Positions 1 through 6,845 of a stretch of 24,000 bases of DNA are shown in pieces. This stretch comes from Kineosphaera limosa NBRC 100340 (lineage in GTDB: Bacteria > Actinomycetota > Actinomycetes > Actinomycetales > Dermatophilaceae). Location: positions 45,484 through 69,483 of the forward strand of contig NZ_BAHD01000016.1 in assembly GCF_000298215.1 (NCBI RefSeq), given 5' to 3'. The notes under the pieces are model-generated. The model ran no database searches and had not been told where the DNA came from. It saw only the letters and a program-made list of their open reading frames with translations. The stretch's first letter is position 1. Every line of letters starts with the position of its first letter. A program made the translations under genes and the position numbers.

Positions 1-1290
1 GTCGAGCTGAGAGCAGAACTGCTCGGCGGCTCCGGAGGCCGAGCACTGCCCCGCAAGCGCCGAGATGCCTTGGGTGTACTCAGTCACCCCGGCCGAGGCC
101 CGCGAAGCGCCGGTCGACAGCGCCTGCGCGGCCTGGGACTGCCGCGCGGTGCCGTCGGTCAGCTGCTGCGCGCCGTCGGCGAGCTGGGTGGCGCCGGTGG
201 CCAGGGCCGTGCCGCCGTCGGCCACCCCTTGAGCCCCATCGGCAAGCCCGGAGGCCGAGCTGCCGAGTTGTTCGACGGCGCTCAGCAGGCCGTCGGAGCC
301 GGTCGCGAGCGCCCCGGCCTGGTCCGGCAGCGCAGCGGTCAGGCGGCGCGCCTCGTCCAGGCCCGCCGCCAGCTGCCCGGCCCCGTCGGAGAGGGCCGTC
401 GCGCCGGTCTGCAGCTTCGCCGCGCCGTCGGCGAGTTGCTTGGTCTGCGCAGGGAACTGGGCGGTGCGCTCGGCGAGCGTCCCCAGACCCGTGGCGAGCT
501 GCTGGTTGCCGTCGGCGACCTTCCCGGCGCCCGTGGACAGTTGCTGGGCACCGGTTGCGAGCTGCGCCGTGCCGGAGGCCAGTTGCGCGGAGCCGGAGGC
601 GAGCTGGCGCAGACCGACCGTCAGTTGGTGGGCGCCCTCGTCGAGCTGGCCGGCGCCGGACCGCAGCGACTTCGTGCCGTCGGCGAGCTTCTGGCTCCCG
701 TCGGCCGCTTTGACCATGTTGGTGTGCAGCGAGTTGAAGCCCAGGTAGATGCGGTCCAGGTACTGCTGGGTCAGCTCGGAGGCCGTGGCGGTCGTCATCG
801 TCGTACTGATCGCCTGGGCGATATTGCCGGCCAGGTAGCTCGTGGCGTCGTTGGTCTCCAGGCGCATCGTGGCCTGGCGGGCCTCGTCGGGCGTGGCCGT
901 CGACGTGGCAGCACTGGAGAAGGTCTTGGGGATCGTCAAGACGGCGTAGTAGGTGCCGTCCTCGAGCCCGGCCGAGGCCGTGGCGGCGTCGGTGAGTTGC
1001 CAGTCGAGATTGTTGGCGGCCTCGGAGTCGACGAGGTTGCCGGCCACGACCCGGCCCAGCGGCACCGTCTGCTTCTTGCCGTTCGCGTCGGTGACGGTGG
1101 CCGGCTCGTCGAGGTTGACGACGGCCGCGGGCACCTTGTCGAGGTTCGAGGTGACGTCGAGGTTGGACCAGATCAGCAGCCCCCCGTAGATCGAGGGCAC
1201 GGCGATGAGCGCGAGCACGACGAGCTTGCCGAAGAGGCCGCGGGAAAGCCGGGTCAGCTCCGAGCTCGAGAGGGTGGGCAGGAGGGGCAT
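1..1290 (-). CDS. YhgE/Pip domain-containing membrane protein, N-terminal ~430 aa (3' end runs off the window)
   Basis: Not in the ORF track because no stop lies inside the window. My translation of the minus strand starts at ATG 1290, 5 nt after the upstream stop, with GGAAGG 8-9 nt upstream. It stays open to position 1. It reads MPLLPTLSSSELTRLSRGLFGKLVVLALIAVPSIYGGLLIWSNLDVTSNLDKVPAAVVNLDEP..., followed by a long run of 7-residue periodic QLxxGxx repeats (for example 541-600 encodes ASGSAQLASGTAQLATGAQQ). This repeat pattern is typical of the extracellular region of YhgE/Pip (phage infection protein) family members. Confidence 0.85.
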   Translation of the reverse strand, partial: MPLLPTLSSSELTRLSRGLFGKLVVLALIAVPSIYGGLLIWSNLDVTSNLDKVPAAVVNLDEPATVTDANGKKQTVPLGRVVAGNLVDSEAANNLDWQLTDAATASAGLEDGTYYAVLTIPKTFSSAATSTATPDEARQATMRLETNDATSYLAGNIAQAISTTMTTATASELTQQYLDRIYLGFNSLHTNMVKAADGSQKLADGTKSLRSGAGQLDEGAHQLTVGLRQLASGSAQLASGTAQLATGAQQLSTGAGKVADGNQQLATGLGTLAERTAQFPAQTKQLADGAAKLQTGATALSDGAGQLAAGLDEARRLTAALPDQAGALATGSDGLLSAVEQLGSSASGLADGAQGVADGGTALATGATQLADGAQQLTDGTARQSQAAQALSTGASRASAGVTEYTQGISALAGQCSASGAAEQFCSQLD

Positions 1291-1295
1291 GAGGG

Positions 1296-4200
1296 TCACC
1301 TTCCCGGCGCGAGGGCGGGGTAGCAGGAGTCGAGGAGGACGACGCGCACCCGGTCGATGGGCAGCCCGGTCCAGGCGGCCACCTCGTGCTCGTCGGGTCG
1401 GTCGTGGCAGGCGACGAGAACCGCTGGGCCGGCGGCAGAGTCGGAGGCGGGATCAGCCGGGTCGACAGCCGGGTCGACAGCCGGGTCGACAGCCGGGTCG
1501 ACAGCCGGGTCGACAGCCCCGTCGACCGCCGGGTCGGCGGTGACGCCGAGCACGGCCCACAGCCCGGCCCGCTCGGCGGGGGTGGGCAGGGCGTCGAGGT
1601 CGTCGACGACGATGACGTCGGGGTCACCGATGCCGGCCAACACGATGGACAGGATGAGGCGTGGCAGCCGCCCGAGGTCGCGCACCAGCATCGTCGGCGT
1701 GATCGTCTCGAGCCCGGCGACAGCGCACGCCTCGTCGAGACGCGCCGCGATGGTGGCGACGTCGCGGGAGCGCACCCACGGCAGCATCGTGTGCGGGGCC
1801 AGCCGCTCGGCGATGTGGTCGCGCACCGACAGGTCGCCGTCCAGCTCGTTGACGCCGCCGAACTCGGCGAGCGCCGCGCGCCGCTGCACGAGGGCGGACT
1901 GCTCCGGCACGACCGCCCCGGCCACGTCGAGGTCTCCCCCGGCGATCGGCAGCCGCCCGGCGAGAGCGAGCAGCGCCGCGGTCTTGCCACCCCCCTCCGG
2001 GGCGCTGAGGACGCACACGTCGCCGCGGCGGGCATCCAGATCCAAGCCCTCGAAAACCCGCCCGCGCGGCCCGTCGACGGCGACGCCGCGGGCGTGCACG
2101 ACCCGTTCGGGGTGGGCGGCGATGGTGCCCTCGGCGGCGATCTGGTGGGCCACTCCGTGGCCCTCGACGTCCAGGTGCGGCAGCCGCCGAGCCAGCCCGG
2201 CGGGCATGGCCCAGGCGGAGTGTCCGAGCAGCATGAGGGCGGCGGGCACGAGCATCATCCGCACGATGAAGGCGTCGACGGCCACGCCCACCGCCAGCCC
2301 GAGCGCGATGGGTTTGAGGGAGGCGTCGCCCTCGGGGACGAACGCGGCGAAGACGCCGACCATGATGACCGCCGCTGCGGCGACGACCGGCGCGGAGGCG
2401 ACGAACCCCTCCCGAACAGCGGCTTTGGGGTCGCCGCGCATCGCGTAGTGCTCGTGCATGCGGGAGACGATGAACATCTGGTAGTCCATGGCCAGCCCGA
2501 AGAGCACGCCCATGAGGATGATCGGCATGAAGCTGATGACGGGGCCGGTGCGGGCCACGTTCAGCAGGTCGGCCAGCCAGCCCCACTCGAAGACGGCCGT
2601 CACCACCCCGAACGCGGCCCCGGTCGAGAGTAGGAAGCCGAGGGCGGCCGTGATCGGCACCGCGAACGAGCGGAAGACGACGAGCAGCAGCACCAGGCTC
2701 AGGCCGATGACCACCAGCCCGAACGGCACGAGGGCATCGGCCAGCCGAGCGGAGACGTCGATCTGCGCGGCCGTCTGGCCGGCGACGCGGACCCGCAGGT
2801 GGTCGGTGCCGCCCAGTTCGGGCGCCTGATCGCGCAGGCGTTGCACGAGGTCGGCGGTGGCCGGGTCGCTGGGCCCGGTGGTGGGGATCGCCACGACCAC
2901 CCCGGTGTCGGCGGTGCGGTTCGGGGTGGCGAGGGTGACCTTGGCGATGCCGGGTACGGCCGCCACGTCGTGGCGCAGCTGCTCCATGTACCCCAGCGGG
3001 TCGTTGCTGCCGATGATGTCGGCGACGATGAGCAGCGGGCCGTTCTCGCCCGGGCCGAAATGCTCGGTGACCGCGTCGTAGGCGCGTCGTTCGCTGTGGC
3101 TGATGGGTGCGGTGCCGTTGTCGGGCAGCGCGAGGCTCAGGTCTTTGGCCGGGAGCGCGACGAGCACCAAGGCGCCCGTGAGCAGCACGACCGTGGCTAG
3201 CGGCTGCCACGTGACGACGCGGATCCACCGGTCCGCCCAACGAGGACCGCCGGGCAGATCTCCGGTCGCGCGGCCACTGTCGGTGCGGCGGCGCAGGCCG
3301 AGCAGGCGGGCGCCGGTCCGACGTCGCGACGGCGCGGCGTCGCTCGCTTCGGCGTCCTCGTCGTTGTCCTCGTCGTCGTCGTCCTCGTCGTCATCGTCGT
3401 CGCTGCCCCGCGTCGGGCGAGGCCGCAGGACGGGCTCGACCCAGCGCATGAGGGCCGGGCCGATGGTGATGGCGGCGGCCACCGCGATGGCGACCGCGAC
3501 GGCGGCCGAGACGCCCATGGCCGACAGGAACGGCAGGCCGACGATGACGAGCCCCACGAGAGCGGTGACGACCGTGACTCCCGCGAAGACGACCGCGGAG
3601 CCGGCGGTGGCGGTGGCCCGCGCCGCCGCCTCGTCGCCGGCGATGCCGTCGCGCAGGTTCTCTCGGAAGCGCGACAGCAGAAAAAGGGAGTAGTCGATGC
3701 CGACGGCGATGCCGAGCATGAGGGCCAGCATGGGGGCGGTGCCGGTGAGGGCCACGAAGGCGGTCGCCAGCAGGAGCAGCAGGATGCTGACGACGGCGGC
3801 GGCCACGGCGGTGATCAGGGGCGCGGCGGCCCCGCGCACGCTGCGGAAGAACGCGAGCAGCACGATGAGCGCCAGGATCAGGCCGAGCCCCTCGACAATG
3901 CTCAGCTCGGGTGGAGCGTTGCCGAACGCGGCGCCGCCGAGGTCGACGGTGGCGGTCGGCAGATCTCGGTCCAGTGCCTGGGCCTGGGCTCGCAGCGCGT
4001 CGCGGGTGGCGGCGGTGACCTCGTGCGTATCGCCCTCGAGTTGCACGGTGATGATCGCGGCCCGGCCGTCGCTGCTGATCGGGGGCTCGGAGTTCTCAGC
4101 ACCCTCGATGGGCACGAACGGATCGACCGCGGTGGTCACCCCACCGACGGCGTCGATCCGCTGCACGGCGGCGGCCACCGCCGCCTTGGTGCCGGGAGTG

Positions 4201-4466
4201 TCGATGCGGCTGCCGGGCTCGCTGACGAGCACGATCTGCGCGCTGGTGCCGGCGAGTTCGGGAAAACGGGCGGAGAGATCGTCGAGGGTCTGCTGGGATT
4301 CGCTGCCGGGCACGGAGTAGACCTCCGAAGGCCCCTTGGCCAGCAGCCCGGCAAGTGCGCCCAGGATCACGATGAGCAACACCCAGACGAGCGCGACCCG
4401 GCCGCGCCGGTGGTAGCAGGCGCGGCCTAGGGCGAAGAGTGCAGGTGACACCGGGTCTCTCCCCAT
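1296..4466 (-). CDS. MMPL family (RND superfamily) transporter with a C-terminal degenerate ABC-ATPase-like domain (1056 aa)
   Basis: This is the downstream 1056 codons of track ORF 1296..5273(-). The start is ATG 4466; an alternative is GTG 4451, preceded by GGGGAGAG. The track ORF upstream of 4466 is antisense to tetR. MMPL features: N-terminal TM helix (VALVWVLLIVILGALAGLL), two repeated halves each with a large loop and hydrophobic bundle, and the typical MMPL end LLGHSAWAMPAGLARRLPHLDVEG. About 270 further residues follow with no stop and carry ABC motifs. These are Walker A SAPEGGGKT (1980-2006, verified by hand translation), a Q-loop-like PEQS, Walker B-like DVIVVDD (1599-1619) and H-loop ACHD (His codon 1404-1406). 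Confidence 0.85.
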   Translation of the reverse strand: MGRDPVSPALFALGRACYHRRGRVALVWVLLIVILGALAGLLAKGPSEVYSVPGSESQQTLDDLSARFPELAGTSAQIVLVSEPGSRIDTPGTKAAVAAAVQRIDAVGGVTTAVDPFVPIEGAENSEPPISSDGRAAIITVQLEGDTHEVTAATRDALRAQAQALDRDLPTATVDLGGAAFGNAPPELSIVEGLGLILALIVLLAFFRSVRGAAAPLITAVAAAVVSILLLLLATAFVALTGTAPMLALMLGIAVGIDYSLFLLSRFRENLRDGIAGDEAAARATATAGSAVVFAGVTVVTALVGLVIVGLPFLSAMGVSAAVAVAIAVAAAITIGPALMRWVEPVLRPRPTRGSDDDDDEDDDDEDNDEDAEASDAAPSRRRTGARLLGLRRRTDSGRATGDLPGGPRWADRWIRVVTWQPLATVVLLTGALVLVALPAKDLSLALPDNGTAPISHSERRAYDAVTEHFGPGENGPLLIVADIIGSNDPLGYMEQLRHDVAAVPGIAKVTLATPNRTADTGVVVAIPTTGPSDPATADLVQRLRDQAPELGGTDHLRVRVAGQTAAQIDVSARLADALVPFGLVVIGLSLVLLLVVFRSFAVPITAALGFLLSTGAAFGVVTAVFEWGWLADLLNVARTGPVISFMPIILMGVLFGLAMDYQMFIVSRMHEHYAMRGDPKAAVREGFVASAPVVAAAAVIMVGVFAAFVPEGDASLKPIALGLAVGVAVDAFIVRMMLVPAALMLLGHSAWAMPAGLARRLPHLDVEGHGVAHQIAAEGTIAAHPERVVHARGVAVDGPRGRVFEGLDLDARRGDVCVLSAPEGGGKTAALLALAGRLPIAGGDLDVAGAVVPEQSALVQRRAALAEFGGVNELDGDLSVRDHIAERLAPHTMLPWVRSRDVATIAARLDEACAVAGLETITPTMLVRDLGRLPRLILSIVLAGIGDPDVIVVDDLDALPTPAERAGLWAVLGVTADPAVDGAVDPAVDPAVDPAVDPAVDPADPASDSAAGPAVLVACHDRPDEHEVAAWTGLPIDRVRVVLLDSCYPALAPGR
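1454..1537. repeat. 12-bp tandem repeat inside the CDS: 5 perfect copies of cagccgggtcga (1454-1513) plus 2 degenerate copies
   Basis: Read directly from the sequence. On the minus strand it encodes (VDPA)n within ...TADPAVDGAVDPAVDPAVDPAVDPAVDPADPAS..., between the Walker B and H-loop of the ABC-like domain. Confidence 0.95.
3354..3401. repeat. GTC/CTC trinucleotide-rich run encoding a 16-residue acidic tract (DDDDDEDDDDEDNDED)
   Basis: Codon-by-codon reading of the minus strand. It lies in the linker between the two MMPL halves and is flanked by Arg-rich segments (RPRPTRGS ... SRRRTGARLLGLRRR). Confidence 0.9.
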
Positions 4467-4551
4467 GAGACGAAGCGGTCCGGCACCTCCCAAAGGGAGG
4501 CCAGGCGTGCGGAGGCCCGCGGGACTGCTGAGCCTGGTGCGATCGTAGCGC

Positions 4552-4590
4552 ATACACCGATGTATCGAATACAAGGATGTATCGAATACA
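4552..4590. promoter_or_regulatory. Candidate TetR operator: two perfect 15-bp direct repeats (GATGTATCGAATACA at 4559-4573 and 4576-4590), each holding the palindrome TGTAT-cga-ATACA, plus an extra ATACA half-site at 4552-4556
   Basis: Read directly. This is the only AT-rich patch in the 132-bp divergent gap between tetR and the MMPL gene. TACAGT (4587-4592, fits TANNNT) ends 6 nt before the tetR ATG at 4599, suggesting a leaderless tetR mRNA. On the minus strand, TACGAT (4547-4542) is a possible -10 for the MMPL operon. The promoter assignments are inference. Confidence 0.6.
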
Positions 4591-4598
4591 GTGGAGGC

Positions 4599-5330
4599 AT
4601 GGCACAGCAGCTTTCCGCGCGCCGCCGGGCGACCCGCGAGCGGCTTCTCACGGCGGCGACGATCGTCTTCGTCGAGCGCGGTGTGGTGGCCGCCACCGTC
4701 GAGGAGATCTGCGAAGCGGCCGGTTTCACCCGGGGCGCGTTCTACTCGAACTTCGCCGACAAGGACGAACTGATCGAGGAGCTGCTCGCCCGCGAACACG
4801 CCGACGTGTTGACGTCCTTGGCTGCGTTGACGGAGTCGGAGTTGCCGCACCTGAGTCCCGATGGCAGCGGTCAGGTCGATCTGACCCACCTCGTTCATCG
4901 CTTCCTGACGGCCCGACTCATCGGCCGCTCGCACTACCTGCTGCACACCGAACTCACCCTCGCGGCCGCGCGCGACCCCGAGGGCCAGCAACCCTTCCGG
5001 CAGGCCTCGGCCCGAGCCACCGAGAAGACGACGGAGGCGATCACGGAGTCGCTGCGCCGGGCCGGATTGGAGCCGATCCTGAACCCGGCCGACCTCATCG
5101 AGGTGCTCTACGGACTGTTCGAGCGCAGCAACGCCCGCGCCCTCATCGACGGCGATCCCGACGCCGACGCCCTGGCCCGCCGCGCCCTGCCCGTGGTGCT
5201 CGGCGCACTCACCCGCCCCCTGTCCTCCGGCTCCCTGACACCGGGGCTCGATCCGCCCCCCGAGCCGGCTCACGAGCCCACGAGCAAGCCCACGAACAAG
5301 CCCACGAACGAGCCCACAGCGGCGCGCTAG
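4599..5330 (+). CDS. TetR/AcrR family transcriptional regulator (243 aa)
   Basis: Track ORF 4560..5330(+), trimmed to ATG 4599 (MAQQLSARRRATRERLL...). The N-terminal HTH is typical of TetR: RERLLTAATIVFVERGVVAATVEEICEAAGFTRGAFYSNFADKDELIEELL. It is divergent from a transporter operon. The upstream ATGs at 4560 and 4577 lie inside the operator repeats. Confidence 0.9.
   Translation: MAQQLSARRRATRERLLTAATIVFVERGVVAATVEEICEAAGFTRGAFYSNFADKDELIEELLAREHADVLTSLAALTESELPHLSPDGSGQVDLTHLVHRFLTARLIGRSHYLLHTELTLAAARDPEGQQPFRQASARATEKTTEAITESLRRAGLEPILNPADLIEVLYGLFERSNARALIDGDPDADALARRALPVVLGALTRPLSSGSLTPGLDPPPEPAHEPTSKPTNKPTNEPTAAR
5274..5321. repeat. Imperfect 12-bp tandem repeat x4 (gagcccacgagc / aagcccacgaac x2 / gagcccacagcg) encoding the TetR C-terminal tail EPTSKPTNKPTNEPTA
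   Basis: Read directly. The two central units are identical. Confidence 0.85.
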
Positions 5331-6826
5331 ACCACCTCGAAGCGCACTTTTCGGCGCGCGATGTCGGCCTGCGTCACCCGCACTCGCACCTCGTCGCCGG
5401 CTCCCACGGAGGGCCCGCTGCCGTTGCCGCCGTTGCCGCCGTTGCCGCCGTGGTCGCGGTGGTCGCGGTGGTCACAGGGACCGATGATCGCCTCGTCGCG
5501 GATCGCGACGATCAACCCCCGCTCCCCGCGGTCGTCGACGACGACCGCGTCGAACTCCTCGCCGATGCGGTCGTGCAGCTGAGCGGCCTCCACCGCGTCG
5601 GTGGCGGCGCGGTTGACGGCGGAAGCTCGCTGGTCACCGCCCCGCATGAGATCGGGAAGCTGCGGTAGCACCGCGCGCACCTCGTCGGGCACCTGTGCGC
5701 CGGCACTGAGCGCCGCGCACACGAGCAGCCCGAACCGGTCGACGAGCCGCCGCAGCGGCGCCGTGACGTGGGCGTAGGGCGCGGCGACGGCGGCGTGCTC
5801 GACCTGCTCCGGGCGCTGCCCGTCGAAGGCCGTGTACCCGGCTCCGCGAAAGAGGCTCGTCGCCTCGTGGATCAGCGCGAGGTGCCCCGGATCGTCGCGG
5901 TCCAGGCTGCGCAGGAACGCGCCGTAGCTGCGATCTTCGGGCCAGTCGGCGCCGCGCGCCCGGGCCACCCGGCGGAAGGCGGCCAGCGTCTTGTCGTCGG
6001 GGGCGGGCATGGTGCGCAGGATCCCGACGCCGCCGGCGAGCATGAGGTCGGCGGCACACATCCCCGTCAGCAGGGAGATTTGCGCGTTGCAGTCCTCGGC
6101 GGGCAGGGGCGGCCGGAACCGGAGGCGGTAGTGCCCGTTCTGCTCGTGAATCTCCTGCTCGGGCATCGGCAGGCTGGCGCCGCCCCGCTCGATCTCCGCG
6201 GCGATCCGCTTGGCCCCGACCTCGGCCAAGAGGGCCAGCACGGGCGCGGCCCGGCCGGCGTCGAGGTCGGCCTGCACGCCCGCGTAGTCCAGTTGAGCCC
6301 GGCTGCGCACCAAACCACGGCGGACGGCGACCTGCGTGGGTTGGGCGTCGGAGTCCAGGTGGATGTCCCAGACGAACGCGGGCCGGTCGACGTTCGGTAG
6401 CAGGCTCGCCGCCGCCTCGCTGAGCACCGGGGGGTGCAGCGGGCAACGCCCGTCGGGGAGGTACAGCGTCTGCGTGCGCGCCCGCGCCTCGAGGTCGATG
6501 GGACCGTCGAGGTCGACGAACGCGGGCACGTCGGCGATGGCGTACCGCAGCCGGTAGCCGGAGCCGGCCCGCTCCAGGGCCAGCGCCTGGTCAAGGTCGC
6601 GGCTGCCCGGAGGGTCGATCGTTACGAACTCCACGTCGCGCTCGTCGTGCGCCTCGTGCTCGGCGGTCGGGCGCCGGTCCGCGGCTGCGCGGGCGGCCGC
6701 CGACACCGACTCGCCGAAATCGGCGGGGATGTCGAACTCGCTGCGGATCGCCGCGAAGGCGTCGACGAGTTCGTGAGCGGCGTCGGCAGCGGCATCGGTG
6801 CGGAGCCGGACCAGCGGGTGGGTCAT
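5327..6826 (-). CDS. RNB domain-containing ribonuclease (RNase II/R family exoribonuclease, 499 aa)
   Basis: Track ORF 5327..7093(-), trimmed to ATG 6826 (MTHPLVRLRTDAAADAAHELVDAFAAIRSEFDIPADF...). RNB catalytic-region motifs are present: VTIDPPGSRDLDQAL, YLPDGRCPLHPPVLSEAAASLLP, HAAVAAPYAHVTAPLRRLVDRF. The C-terminal end is S1-like (DEVRVRVTQADIARRKVRFEVV). Confidence 0.85.
   Translation of the reverse strand: MTHPLVRLRTDAAADAAHELVDAFAAIRSEFDIPADFGESVSAAARAAADRRPTAEHEAHDERDVEFVTIDPPGSRDLDQALALERAGSGYRLRYAIADVPAFVDLDGPIDLEARARTQTLYLPDGRCPLHPPVLSEAAASLLPNVDRPAFVWDIHLDSDAQPTQVAVRRGLVRSRAQLDYAGVQADLDAGRAAPVLALLAEVGAKRIAAEIERGGASLPMPEQEIHEQNGHYRLRFRPPLPAEDCNAQISLLTGMCAADLMLAGGVGILRTMPAPDDKTLAAFRRVARARGADWPEDRSYGAFLRSLDRDDPGHLALIHEATSLFRGAGYTAFDGQRPEQVEHAAVAAPYAHVTAPLRRLVDRFGLLVCAALSAGAQVPDEVRAVLPQLPDLMRGGDQRASAVNRAATDAVEAAQLHDRIGEEFDAVVVDDRGERGLIVAIRDEAIIGPCDHRDHRDHGGNGGNGGNGSGPSVGAGDEVRVRVTQADIARRKVRFEVV
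5421..5474. repeat. Two adjacent 9-bp tandem repeats: ccgttgccg x3 (5421-5447), then tggtcgcgg x2 plus a partial copy (5451-5474)
   Basis: Read directly. On the minus strand it encodes ...CDHRDHRDHGGNGGNGGNGSG..., an insertion in the C-terminal domain of the RNB protein. Confidence 0.9.
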
Positions 6827-6845
6827 GGTGACTACCTTAGGGACG

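Noticed and set aside
1454-1537. Possible CRISPR array (also considered for 8284-8355 and 5421-5474)
   Set aside because: The units are 9-12 bp and directly abutting with no spacers. They lie inside coding sequence in frame, and no cas genes are present. These are simple tandem repeats.
70-2035. Long track ORFs 70..1323(+) (417 aa) and 80..2035(-) (651 aa), plus smaller ones in the same region
   Set aside because: Their translations are Arg/Gly/Pro/Ala-rich low-complexity strings typical of wrong-frame or antisense reading in ~70% GC DNA. The third minus-strand frame gives clean YhgE/Pip and MMPL-NBD sequence with proper start and RBS signals.
4467-5273. N-terminal 269 codons of track ORF 1296..5273(-), which would make a 1325-aa protein
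   Set aside because: This part is antisense to the well-supported tetR gene and has no family-like sequence. The MMPL N-terminal TM helix begins right after ATG 4466, and the operator/promoter region (4540-4598) would lie inside the extension.
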